Below are positions 21,657 through 32,888 of a DNA stretch of 64,000 nt, one piece after another. Position numbers and translations under genes: made by a program. The stretch lies in contig OZ374564.1 in the NCBI GenBank assembly GCA_977862235.1, positions 372,001-436,000 on the forward strand. Direction: 5' to 3'. How positions within the stretch are numbered: position 1 is the first letter of the stretch; each line of letters begins with the position of its first letter. The notes beneath the pieces were generated by a model. The model was not told the DNA's origin. It ran no database searches and was given only the letters and a program-made list of their open reading frames with translations. The stretch comes from Dudresnaya verticillata (taxonomy: Eukaryota).

Positions 21657-23707
21657 AGAGGTACAGTACCTGCCATTGCGAGCTGCTTTATGCGAGGCCC
21701 GCATGCGTTGTGCTAATGGAATCCTGCGCAGGGCATGGGCGAGCCAGTGCCAGTAGCCAGTTTACCATTCCATCTGCTCCCCAATATGCACAGAGCTGGG
21801 TGATGGTGCTGCAGACTTTAGTCCGCTCTCCACACGCCAAGGACAGAGTTCGATACCTCGGACGCATTCGTGCTCTAAAGCATGGCTGCATTCCCAACGT
21901 CGTCATGCGCGTCAATGGATGCCGTCGAAAGTACCAACGCCAGCCAGATAGAGCCCGTGGCACCAACCGTGCGTCAAGGTGCCACTTTCGTGACAACCAG
22001 GGTCTCTTGCCATCGCGACACAGCCCGAAGCCGAACCCATCGCAGAAAGATGGAACAACTATTCAGCCTCTCCTTGATACCTCCCGCTATCTCTCTCGAC
22101 TCATCGTCACGAGCTGCGCTGCTTCCTTGGGCAACAATAATGGTTGCAGATACAAAGAGTGCCTGAAATAGAAAAGCGCCTGCCGTGGAGCTCTCTTCCG
22201 ACAAACGCCCTACCCTCGTTCTTGCTGACTATCGCTGGTAGCAAGAACGAGGGACATCAGCATCGGTAGGGACCTTGCTAAAACGTTACAGTCACGAAGA
22301 CTGGCACATTCATCGCGATTGTACCGTGGGGAGGTGTCTGCTGTTGGCTTGCCATTGGTTGCCAGCAAGAAACAATTTCAAAATATGCTCCTTCACTCCC
22401 CCTGCATTCGCGTTGCATTGCTGCCCTGCTCACGTTATGGTTGTTGCCAGCGACGGGACGAGGTTGAAGCCACGATAGAGAGCTTCACGCCTGAAAAAGA
22501 GCCTATGTTTAAAAGAGCTGCAGTACAGCTGCAACAGTAGCAATAGCCCCATTTGCAACTCTGCTCGGCCATTCCTTCCCTTCCCATAAATCACTTTACT
22601 AATAATACAACACTTGAAACCTCCTCCGCTTTTCATTTTTGTGTCCACTAAGGAAAGTGTGTGTAGAAAGGCCAATTCGTCCTTCCCACAACAACCTCAT
22701 CTATCTTGCTTGTATTCCTTTGCAGTAGAGGCCTGTGACCGATGTTGGTCACCCATCTACGGAAAGAAGTGTATTTCGGTGACAACAAACACAATCTCAA
22801 AGCCAAGAGCTCTGTGGCAAGAGCCCATCATTGCTCGAATAGTACTGTTGTGTGTATCTAGTAGCTAGACTACTCTCCAGCGCTCACGCACATCAACCCC
22901 CGGGCTTTATCCCGAGCCTCCATGGTGGCCCAAGCAAAACGGAACCATTGGGCTATTGCCGCTTCTCTTACAGTACGGCATTGTTGCGCATTGTGCCTGT
23001 TTCTCATTGCAATGGCCCCTCAAGGCCTTCGCTCGCCGTGCCCTTTGAAAAAGGCACTTGCGCTGTTTTCGCTCGAGGAATCAGTCCTTCCGACGACACT
23101 ACCTCCCTCGTTCAGCCACCCCCCGCGCTACCAGCCGCTCAACATGAACCTCGCAGACTAGCCAAGAGCCCCTATTGAGGCTACCTCAAAATCACCTTTC
23201 CCCTCGTCGAAATTCATGTTCAATGGAAACCAGCAGCCCAGCTGATCTGCAAAAGAAATCACATCCGTAAGCCGACGAATTTCGAGCTTCATCCGAGTTT
23301 GATGCTGAGTAATCTCCTTTTGAGCGGCACAGCGTCATTCAATTGTTGAGGCAACGCTGGATGGTTCGAAAGGGACTGTCATCATGACATGTGTCTGGCT
23401 CTAATGGTGCCTGACGGGGGTATTGAACAAGTTACTGGTGCAATAGGGTTTTGACTTCGTATCCAAAAAAAAAGTTCTCGTATGTTGTGTTGGTAGCGAC
23501 GGGATATGTTTAGTGTTTGCTTGCCTACATAGAGCGCATAGGCCCGTATCAAAACTGGGTTATTGTACAACGAGATCTGGCATTTCACACACGGCCTTAA
23601 CGCCTCACGGCAGGTCTGGAGAGGAACCTGAAAATAGATTTGGCTATGGAGGCTGTACGGGAGAGGGGCATGCAATCCGATGCACTGGAGCACTTCTCCA
23701 GGTGCGG

Positions 23708-23962
23708 TTATTCCCTCAGGGCGACACGAAGAAAGCTTAGGGAGGACGGTGGGACCGATTCGGCAGTCTCGCAGGTCTCCTCAAAGGTTCTCACCACCAT
23801 TCGTGCGAGATGCGCCAGGGGTTGGCGGGGTTGCAAAGTGGGTTGGGTAGCGCTGTGGCCGCGAGAACGGCGCGGGATGACGGTGGCCAGTTCGTCCGGG
23901 GTTGAGTGCGGAGGCCGGCGCGGAGCAGAGCGGCGTGCGGAGGAAGAAATTTGTGGGGCCAT
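23708..23962 (-). CDS. Possible small hypothetical protein (84 aa)
   Basis: ATG ORF preceded on the minus strand by a C/T-rich leader like other 5'UTRs here and a TATA-like element near 24088-24093; no homology recognised. Confidence 0.25.
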   Translation of the reverse strand: MAPQISSSARRSAPRRPPHSTPDELATVIPRRSRGHSATQPTLQPRQPLAHLARMVVRTFEETCETAESVPPSSLSFLRVALRE

Positions 23963-24653
23963 CGATGAGAGGGGTTAAGGAGGTGCGAGAGAGGAGCAAG
24001 GAATTCACGAGGTGTGCGAGATGTGCGTGAGTGTGGGCGTGGGGAAGTGAGAAGATAGGTCGAGCTTTAACATCGGAGAGGGTCGTACTATAAGTATGGA
24101 GAAGCGGGGCGGGTGGGATGAGCGAATGGCGGTGAGATAGGATTGTACGAGTAGGGCGGCTAGAAATGAAGGGCATGGCGGAATGATTGCAGAGGGTGAG
24201 CAGGTATTACACAACGGGGTCGGCGTGGCAGGGGAATGTGCACGCGTCAAAAACGCAGAATTGAGAGGAGATGCAGCGAAGCGAGTGCTGCGGCATTCGA
24301 AAGGCGTCGCAGGAGGTGGTGCTGCAGGCTGCGCAGCTCTGGGACATGCGGAAGCGGTCTTGGCAGTGTGCGTGCCACGCACAGGGCTTCCAGTATCCAG
24401 TGTGAACGAAAGTTGACGCTTCTCTTCACGCGCAGGCGACGCACGCCGGAGCGCAAGTTGATAGCTTGGGCGGAAAGAAAAGCGGGTGCACACACACAGA
24501 GACACACACGCGGCTGCAAGGTGTCGGTGTCAAAGGCGTCACGACGGGCGACGCAAGCCAAAAAGCAGAGCGGCGGTGACGTGGCGAGGGGGGACATATG
24601 GCGGGTGCACGGCGACGAGAGACGGGGCGCGCGGCGGCGTGGCACGGCGGTAG

Positions 24654-24833
24654 TCACGACGCGGGCGCGCGCGGCAGGCAGCGACGGCAGCAGGAGAGCA
24701 GCCCGCGGCGGCGACGGTACAGGCGGAGAGAGGACAGGAAGTCAGCCTGCTCCGCGTCGGTCCAGTAGTCGACGTCACGCGGCAGCGGTGGCAGCGGCGG
24801 CGGCGGCGGCGACGGCGGCGGGGAGTGCGCCAT
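24654..24833 (-). CDS. Putative 59-aa microprotein (polyPro, Myb-helix-like segment, CCxxC tail)
   Basis: MAHSPPPSPPPPPLPPLPRDVDYWTDAEQADFLSSLRLYRRRRGLLSCCRRCLPRAPAS; the CCCACA-ATG context matches the starts at 50563 and 61020. Confidence 0.45.
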   Translation of the reverse strand: MAHSPPPSPPPPPLPPLPRDVDYWTDAEQADFLSSLRLYRRRRGLLSCCRRCLPRAPAS

Positions 24834-25392
24834 TGTGGGTGCGGCGCGGGGATGTTGACTGTGTAGACCGTCGGAGTCCGGCGGGGTCGGTGCGGGCGGC
24901 AATCAACGCGCGCGCGTCGGCGCGGAGGAGCACAGACTGCGCGCCGGGCCGGGCTTACACTATAATGCGGCGCGGGCTCAACAGAAGCGCGGTGGCGCGC
25001 CAATGAGCGTGCAGAATGGGAGCAGGAGCGCACCGCGCGAGGCGCGCAGCACGCTGAAGAGGCGCCGCGCCGCGTGTGGTGGAGCGCGTCTGCGCCGCTG
25101 CCGCAGCACTCACCATTGGGCGCGCGCGGACGCCGCGCCATGGCGCATATTCCGCCGTGCTGGTGCGACTTCTCCGGCGCACACACGCCGCTGGCGCCGC
25201 GCCTGTCGCTCGCTCGCCCGTCCCGCCGCCGCCACCGCCGCCAACTACTTTGTTGACTGCTCGTCCGCCCTCCGCCCCTCCCCCGCCGCCTTTATGTAAC
25301 GCGAGCCCGCGGCCCGTCGCTGACCTCGCCGCCTGCCTGCCGCGCCCCCGTCCAGCCCCGCAACCCCCCCGCCCCCCCGTCCCCGGGCCGCC

Positions 25393-27000
25393 ATGCCTCT
25401 CCTCGCGGCCTTCGCCCCGGCCTTCGCCCCGGCCGCCGCACCGCGCGCTGTCGCCGCCGTCGCCGCGCGCCCCGCCACGCGCGCGCCCTCTCGCCCCGAA
25501 GTCCGCTTTGCAAACCCGTTTGCCCGCCCCGCCCGCGCTTCACTCCGCGTCTCCGCTTTTGTCCCCGCCGTCGCCCCTGCTGCTTCCACTGCTGCCCCGC
25601 AGGTACCCCCTGAGCGCCCTAACCGGGCTGTTACCACTGCGCTGCTTACGCCCGGCGTCCTCATCGTTGCAGGTGGCATGGTTGCGTTTGCCTTGTCCGC
25701 AGCCCTCGGCGCCAATGACGTCGCAAACTCGTTGGGCACTGCTGTGGGCACTGGCGCCATCAAGGTCGGCACCGCCCTGGTCATTGGCGCGGTTATGGAG
25801 TTTGCTGGTGCCGTACTGTTCGGCTCCACAGTCACTAAGACTATTTCGTCTGGCGTCGTCACCATTGGCGCTGCCACCATTGCTGCCCCGGTCAGCTATA
25901 TGCTGGGCATGCTATCTGTCCTAGTTGGCTGCACTGCCTGGATGGCCATGGCCACCAAGTTTGGCCTCCCGGTATCATCCACCCACTCTGTTGTAGGTTC
26001 GCTTGTCGGCTTGGGCATTGTATCTGGCTGGGGCATCAACATGGGCGCCGTGCAACGCATCATCGCATCCTGGTTTCTCTCGCCCATGATTGGCGGCATC
26101 GTCGCCACAATCCTGTACAAGACCATCTCGGCGCTCATTGTCGATGCGAAGCGCCCCGCCGTAGCCACGCGACGCTTCCTCCCCATTCTCGCTGGCGCGG
26201 CCTCTTTTATCCTCACCCTTTTTGTCCTCGGCAAGGGCGCCCGCTTCGCTGCCCTCACCCCTGATCGCATCCTTTACATTGCCATGGGCATTGCACTCGC
26301 TTGTTCGGGCGTTTCCGGTGCCCTGGCCACGGCCGTCAGCTCGCGACCGTACGGCGTTAACAACGACGGCACTCTCTCCCCCACCTCCCCCTCTTCCGTA
26401 TCCGGTGCCGGCCCGCTTATGAATTCGAACATGGTTGGCGGCGAGCTCTCTGTTAGCGAACAGAAGGAGAACGTCGAGCGTATATTTAAGGTTTTGCAGG
26501 TATGCACCGCGTGCCTGCTGTCATTCTCGCACGGGTCGAACGACGTTTCGAATGCAATCGGCCCTTTCGCTGCCATGTACTCAATGTGGCAGAACAATGG
26601 GCGGATCGGCAGTACGGTTGCCATCCCGCTGTGGGTGCTCGTGTTGGGTGGTCTTGGAATCTCAACGGGGCTTGGTCTATTCGGGAAGCCGGTTATGGAG
26701 ACGGTCGGCACGAAGATAACAAAGCTGAAGCCTACGATGGGGTTTTCGGTGGAGCTCAGCACTGCGCTTACTGTTCTGATCGCCTCACAATTGGGCTTAC
26801 CCGTTTCGACCACTCACACGCTTATTGGATGCATCGTCGCAATTGGGCTCTCCAATGGGGATCGCAGCGCTGTCAACAAGAAGGTGCTACTCAACATTGC
26901 GGGTTCTTGGGGTGTGACTCTACCGGTTTCCGCGCTTGTCACTATAGTGTTTTACATTTTGCTGCGACCTTTCCTCCCTGTTGTACCAGCGCTCTTATAG
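25393..27000 (+). CDS. PHT2: PiT/PHO4-family phosphate transporter, plastid PHT2-like
   Basis: Ala/Pro/Arg-rich transit peptide; twin PiT signatures GANDVANSLGT and HGSNDVSNAIGP; PVSSTH and PVSTTH. Confidence 0.93.
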   Translation: MPLLAAFAPAFAPAAAPRAVAAVAARPATRAPSRPEVRFANPFARPARASLRVSAFVPAVAPAASTAAPQVPPERPNRAVTTALLTPGVLIVAGGMVAFALSAALGANDVANSLGTAVGTGAIKVGTALVIGAVMEFAGAVLFGSTVTKTISSGVVTIGAATIAAPVSYMLGMLSVLVGCTAWMAMATKFGLPVSSTHSVVGSLVGLGIVSGWGINMGAVQRIIASWFLSPMIGGIVATILYKTISALIVDAKRPAVATRRFLPILAGAASFILTLFVLGKGARFAALTPDRILYIAMGIALACSGVSGALATAVSSRPYGVNNDGTLSPTSPSSVSGAGPLMNSNMVGGELSVSEQKENVERIFKVLQVCTACLLSFSHGSNDVSNAIGPFAAMYSMWQNNGRIGSTVAIPLWVLVLGGLGISTGLGLFGKPVMETVGTKITKLKPTMGFSVELSTALTVLIASQLGLPVSTTHTLIGCIVAIGLSNGDRSAVNKKVLLNIAGSWGVTLPVSALVTIVFYILLRPFLPVVPALL

Positions 27001-27273
27001 ATATTGTGCAGATGAACAGAGAAAGAATCAACAAACCTTTAACACGCACTTGACCTTTCATTCGCTCTACAAATGTGACTGTGGCGCAGGCGATCTACAC
27101 CCCAGCGCAATGTTCAAAGGCATGACCAATAGTTGCGAGAACCGAGACGGACTGCAATCAATGCCGACACGGCACTAAGGTTTCAGAGATTTCTCAAGTC
27201 TTGATGCGGAACGATCTAAAAGACTGGCGGAGGCGCGATCGAAGAGAAGTTGACAAGCTCTTGCACGAAGTTA

Positions 27274-27585
27274 TCAAAAGCGGATAATGAACAGGGCGAC
27301 AAGCGATGCGACAACGGCTCCTCCAAAAACAGCGCCCAGCAATAGCGTAGACTCGACGTTGACATTGACAAATGGGCCGATGTCGGCGGTGGTGGCCAGC
27401 AGAGCGGAAGTCAGAGCGGCCGAGGGCGGGGATGGGACAAGCATCCGTGCGCCGGCACGGCGGCGGCATTGTGTGCTGGGTGGCACGCCGTGAGACGAGA
27501 GCGAGCTCTTCGAGGCAAGTTGGACGGCGACATGGTTTCTTGCGCTATTAAGCGGGGCCGCTGGGGCGAATGCTGGGAGATACAT
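27274..27585 (-). CDS. Small plastid-targeted single-TM protein
   Basis: MYLPAFAPAAPL transit-like N-terminus ending ..RRRAGARM; C-terminal hydrophobic helix TLLLGAVFGGAVVASLVALFIIRF; ACAA-ATG context. Confidence 0.6.
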   Translation of the reverse strand: MYLPAFAPAAPLNSARNHVAVQLASKSSLSSHGVPPSTQCRRRAGARMLVPSPPSAALTSALLATTADIGPFVNVNVESTLLLGAVFGGAVVASLVALFIIRF

Positions 27586-29274
27586 TTGTAGGTTAGGGAA
27601 TAGTCGGTGCGAAAGTGTTGTTGCGAAAGGAAGAGCGGGGAATGAGAGAACCGACGTTTGGGTGCAACGTGCGGAGGTACTGCAGAAACACGCGACGGTT
27701 CAGGAGTGTCACAGGGCGTTTGGCGGACGTCGGCGGTTGTTTTCGAAGCGTTCAAGATCATGTGCTCGGAGATAGAAGCGCGCATTTCGCACGACAAGTC
27801 GCGGTGAAGATCTGGGGCGGGTGGGGAGATCTCACGGTGGTCACGTGGCCACGTGTGTTGAATTGGGCATGTTCGGGGAGGTTCTGGACCTCAGTTTTGC
27901 CCTCGGGGTCATTGTGGTCCAAAGAGGGATTGAATTTGGCACACCTGAAGTGCTGTGGCACGTGTCTGTCGAATTTGGACTGAACAAACAGTTCCGGAGC
28001 GATGTGGTTGGCTGGCGTGGATGTTTGGGACTTTTGAAGAAATAGGGGGACCGAGTGGGTTATAGTATTTTGGAATACACCAGAGACTGGACATATGTCA
28101 AGACTTTTTCCCGGCGAGTAGTTTTGCAGGGTGCGGTTTGCACCGGCATCAGTGGAGCTCGCAGGAGACTTGACCCCCGGGTGGATATTTTCGGATATTC
28201 TCGGTGGGGAGGCTCACGACTGTTCGCCGCAGGAAGAGATATGACAGGCTGCAGTGGAGTCCTGCTGCGTAGGGCTACAGATGCGGTGGCGCGTGTACCG
28301 TGCCGAATGCCTTCCTGGAAGGTGTGGGGGCCGGGTGGCGCCATCTTCCCAATGGTAAAACATTTTGGATCCGTGCACGTGCGTTCCTGCGGCCTGGAGG
28401 GCTTGCACCGAGATTACGGCGGCGGATGGGAGAAAAGTTTTTCAAAAAATAGAGGTGCTGTTTTGCTGAATCTCGGGGGGAAGGCGCCCCGAAGGCGGAT
28501 GCCTTCAGAACGAGGTGGAGCGCGGAGTGAGCGTCCCCTGTAGATTCTCCTGTTGCTTCAGCCCGACCATTTTCTATTTGATGGCTGTGCTTGAAGCAAC
28601 GGAGCAATCGGTTCTGTCTGGAAGCGGCGTTTCGGAACTTTCTGAGGATGTCGGTGGGCTTCGTGAGCCATACATTTGGCCTTAAATATCTTATTTGCCA
28701 TACGAGGGCCAACCAGAAGGGAGGATTTGCGGATGAGGGGATATTTGTACCATTTCTCCATCTGCCTGCGCAACCCGCCACCTGCTGCTACTCTCGCTCC
28801 TCGGGTGCACCTTACCCCCCCTAGTCACACCGCGATCGCCGGAAGCAACGAGTAACCGCAAAAAACGACTCACGCGCGGCCACGCGCACCTCTTCTCCCA
28901 GTCTTTCGCCGTTCGTCGCTTTGCCTTAATCCCGCGCCCACCCCTCCAACCCCCCTCCCCCACCGCCCGCCCGCCCTTCTCCCGCACCCGAATACCTTCG
29001 TCAGAAAGCCGCCTCGACCTCAAAACTCTACGGCGGCACACTTTTCGCGCCGCACAGCCCCATCGCATCGCCCTTATTTACAGTTTCTCTTCGGGTGTCC
29101 CCTCATCAACCCTTCTCTTTTTCTCTTTCAACCTCTCCTGCCGAAACCCGTTCCACACCTCCGCCGACACTTAACGCGGGAGACCCCGCGCCCGAATGAA
29201 GCCATCGCCCCACTAGCCGCCCGTGCAGCGCAAAAGCGCTCTCACGCGCTTCGGCCCGCCCCCGCATCCGGTAC

Positions 29275-31251
29275 ATGACCCGCCTGGTAGGCGTGCGAGC
29301 GGTGTGCGACGGCTGTTCTGCAGCGGCCGCAGTCGTCTTCTGCGTCACTCATCGAAGCGTCTTATGCCGTTCTTGCGACGCCGAAGCTCACTCCACTCCG
29401 GGCCCCGCCCACCAGCGAGTCGATCTCGCCTCTGCTGTTACTGCCCTCCCCTTCTGCGAGTATTGCGACGACGCCCCGGCTTCCATATATTGCGAGACCG
29501 AGGGTTCAACCCTGTGCGACAAGTGCGACCGCGCCATCCATTCCTCACATACGCAGGGCCACTATCGCACTCCCATCTCAAGTACCTTGCGCAATCGTGC
29601 CGTCGAGTTTCGTGGCAGGTCAAGGCCGAAAAGCCCAAAACATGATCCGGAACAATTGTCTGACGCCCCGGCCGATGAGCGCCCTCCGGTGAATGACACG
29701 CTCCCTAACCATTCGCTTGGTCTCTCTGTGCCTCGGCAACCGACTCCCGCTTCTATTACTTCGAGTTTGCATCTGCAGCAGGGCCAACAGCACCACCACC
29801 ACCGTCAACAACAACAACAACGACAACAACACCAACAACAACAACAACAGCAAAGGCTGAGGACCCCACAGGCACCGTCTCAAGAAAAGCACAAGCATTT
29901 GCCGCCAACCTTGACCGGGCAAACACGTAGTCCGACAACTGCAAGGAAGCGCTCTTCAAAGGTGCTCGCAAAGCGTAAGCTGCGAAGAGAAGCTCCGAGA
30001 TCTTCCCCGCCGCCTCCAGTTTCTCGATCTCTCGCGGATACACTTGGTGGGCAAGCAAACCCTTTAGACCTAGTAGATAGCGCTGCTTACCCAACCTTCT
30101 TATTTCCGTCTTCTGTGTCTTCAGCAGACGTCAAGCCCACGAGCCCGGCTACTCCATATGCGGCATTTCCGCCGGAAGGCCCAGTTGAAGGACCACCATA
30201 TAACGACCCGCTTCTCATCGACCCAAACGCTCAGCTAAGACAAGAAGAGGAGGCCCGACAAGGTGGGAGCGATGAAGCTGGCGACGGAGATGGGCTTGGT
30301 CCCGACTTCAGCAACATTGTCACATATGGAAGTATAGACTTCTCTGCTGACACTGCTTTGGAAGGTCTGAACGGAACTGGAAGAAGTGTGTCTGGCAGTG
30401 GGGAGTCATCACGGCGAAAATCTCCAGACTTTGAAGCCTTGAATCAGGAGGCCCGCCCCATTGCGGACCGGCTAACTGCAGATTCCGCGCAAACCACTGT
30501 TGCAGCAGTGGCAGCTGCGGCAGCAGCTGCAGCTGGGGAAATGTACCTTCTGAATTCTGTTTCCTCTGGTTCGCTTTCTTCCCGGGAACGCCTAACTCCA
30601 CCGCTTAACGTTGTAAGCCGGGTTCCAAATCCTGCTGGCGTTGCTGAGGCGGCGACGGCAGCGGCAAATGCAGCAGCGGAATCTGTCGCAGCAGCTGCAG
30701 AATCTGGCGTGGCGGCAGTCAGTCTTGGCCTTTCAAGCGTACCACCGCAAGGGGTATCTTCCAGACCTTCGCAGCATACCACAGATGCTGTGGCGCAAGC
30801 ACTTCAACCTCAGGCTGGGGTGATAGGCGGTGGCGAAGGACCAGTACGGCGGTTATCTGATCCAACCATCCGCAGTGGAATGGGAAGTGGGAGAGGTGTA
30901 CATTCATTTCTAGCGCAACGGCAGATATTCGATGATGCGGTGCGCAAACTGGACTCCGAGGCCGGTTCGCGAATCACGAGGAACGGGACAAAGCGGGAGA
31001 ATAGCTTTAACGGGACCGTGCAAGACGCGTTAGCAAATCGCAGCGATGGGAACGCGGATTTGCTAGTTCCGATGGGTGACGACGTACTGCCGGGGGGAGG
31101 GGACGTGATGGTGGATTTGGAAATGCCTCGAGATGAGTTTGGTATGTTTGACTCAATCGATTTGTCACAGTTTGAACAGAGCGGTTCCGGATCGCTGGGG
31201 TTTGCGTTGTCGGACTACCGATCGAAAGCAGCGGATTCCGATGAAGGGTGA
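29275..31251 (+). CDS. Double B-box zinc finger (BBX/CONSTANS-like, no CCT) protein
   Basis: CDGC..VFC..LCRSCDAEAH..HQR and CEYCDDAPASIYC..LCDKCDRAIH..HYR; polyQ/His tract; acidic disordered C-terminus. Confidence 0.88.
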   Translation: MTRLVGVRAVCDGCSAAAAVVFCVTHRSVLCRSCDAEAHSTPGPAHQRVDLASAVTALPFCEYCDDAPASIYCETEGSTLCDKCDRAIHSSHTQGHYRTPISSTLRNRAVEFRGRSRPKSPKHDPEQLSDAPADERPPVNDTLPNHSLGLSVPRQPTPASITSSLHLQQGQQHHHHRQQQQQRQQHQQQQQQQRLRTPQAPSQEKHKHLPPTLTGQTRSPTTARKRSSKVLAKRKLRREAPRSSPPPPVSRSLADTLGGQANPLDLVDSAAYPTFLFPSSVSSADVKPTSPATPYAAFPPEGPVEGPPYNDPLLIDPNAQLRQEEEARQGGSDEAGDGDGLGPDFSNIVTYGSIDFSADTALEGLNGTGRSVSGSGESSRRKSPDFEALNQEARPIADRLTADSAQTTVAAVAAAAAAAAGEMYLLNSVSSGSLSSRERLTPPLNVVSRVPNPAGVAEAATAAANAAAESVAAAAESGVAAVSLGLSSVPPQGVSSRPSQHTTDAVAQALQPQAGVIGGGEGPVRRLSDPTIRSGMGSGRGVHSFLAQRQIFDDAVRKLDSEAGSRITRNGTKRENSFNGTVQDALANRSDGNADLLVPMGDDVLPGGGDVMVDLEMPRDEFGMFDSIDLSQFEQSGSGSLGFALSDYRSKAADSDEG

Positions 31252-31426
31252 TGTGCGGGGTGCTTGCGTTCTGTGTTTATGCCGGGTGGATGCATGGATG
31301 TTAGAATTTGACTATACTGAACTGAACTGTTGTGAAGTACTAAATATAAACTCTTACGAAGTACTAAATACCGACGAGCTGTGAACACTTTATCGTAGAG
31401 GGTGGCGCAGCATTTTGTTCAAAGCA

Positions 31427-31945
31427 TTACAAGCCTTGCATTGTCGTCCCATCCGTACCAAAGCCATTTGCAAGCCTTTTCCCATCGTATCTTCTCCAAA
31501 CCCCTCGTGATCTCCCCTCAGGGTGTAGCGCGTTTAAGCCATTTGTAGGCGCCGCAGTAGAAAACAAGGAAACTCTGGACAACGAAAGCACCTTGAGATA
31601 TTTCTTGCGGTCAAGCGCGGCCGACACGGGGCCGCGGATGCGGGTCCCCATCGGGGCAGTGCCGTCTGAGTTGAGCAGAACGGCAGCGGTCTCACCGGTG
31701 CGGACAAAGCCACCGTCGCGGCGCAACGGCTCGTTCTTGGAGCGCACGACCAGGGCGCGGTGGATCTCGCCCTTCTTGGCCTTGCGGTTACGCACAGACC
31801 GGTCGTTGGCCGTAACAGACACGACCAGCTCGCTGCCCACGTTGCCCGACGGGCGCTGGCGGCGACGGCGCAGAATGTTTATGCAGCGTACGGTCTTTGC
31901 GCCCGAGTTGTCCGCCACGCGCAGAACTGTGCGCATCTGCACCAT
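31427..31945 (-). CDS. rpl14: Ribosomal protein uL14, probably mitochondrial, nucleus-encoded
   Basis: MVQMRTVLRVADNSGAK..CI, KKGEIHRALVVR, RRDG, GTRIRGPV, KVLSL. Confidence 0.88.
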   Translation of the reverse strand: MVQMRTVLRVADNSGAKTVRCINILRRRRQRPSGNVGSELVVSVTANDRSVRNRKAKKGEIHRALVVRSKNEPLRRDGGFVRTGETAAVLLNSDGTAPMGTRIRGPVSAALDRKKYLKVLSLSRVSLFSTAAPTNGLNALHPEGRSRGVWRRYDGKRLANGFGTDGTTMQGL

Positions 31946-32888
31946 CTTGGAAAGCTGGGCTCTGTCGACGGCGGGAACAAGCCTGGCGCTGGCACCTTAG
32001 CACTTTCTCCAGCCGCGACTGCCGGGCGGTTGACATTACGGCAGGAGCGACGGGCATTTGGGCCGGATATTCTCTAGCTTCAGCTGGAGTGTTTGTCAAA
32101 GTGAGGTTTTCAACGTGTACACTTGTACGTGCAATATTTATTAGACATTCATGTTTTTTCAGGCCCCGAGTCTCCCACGTACAACAGCGCTGACAACAAC
32201 GACAGCGTTGACAGCGTTTACACCACTAAATGGATCTGCTGGGCAGCAGGTCCTTTCTTATGGCCCGGCATGGACTGACTGTTTGGTCTTGTCTATTCGT
32301 GCTGAAGCTAGAGTATCATGCGAGGCACGAGCGGAATAGAGCTGTAGGGTGCGGAGCGGTGGACACGTGGAGGAGAAAAATATTACTTCGACGGAGCACC
32401 GGGGGATCTGCCTTGGGCCTGTGAGCACTACAATTTATTATTGAGAAACGTAAACTGGAAAAGGCGATCATCGAACACAGAGACAGAAGAATGCAGCGCG
32501 GCGATTGGCCACAGGGCGTTAAAATTCTCAGCGATTGGGTGAAGAGGATCCTAACTGGACTGAAGCGGGTGGCCGGTAGTAAGTGACACGCACGCGTCGC
32601 CGTGCGACGAATGCATACTGGAGACTGGCAATTCACCCTGTTAAAAAGTTAACGCCAAACAACACAGCGACTGCGCGCAGATTATAGCAACAGGCGCGAG
32701 AAAGAGCGCGGGGTAAGTCCCCTCGCGAAGCGGGAAAGGTACCTTACTGCGGCGTCCACAGCAGTGGGGGTTCGGAACCGCGGACGCGCGCGCCGCCGCT
32801 AAAACCCGGAAATGCGCGCGAAGAGACCATTCAGACCCGTCCGGGCACGCACCGGGGCGCACTAGCCGAGCAGCCTCGCCCTCTTCTA

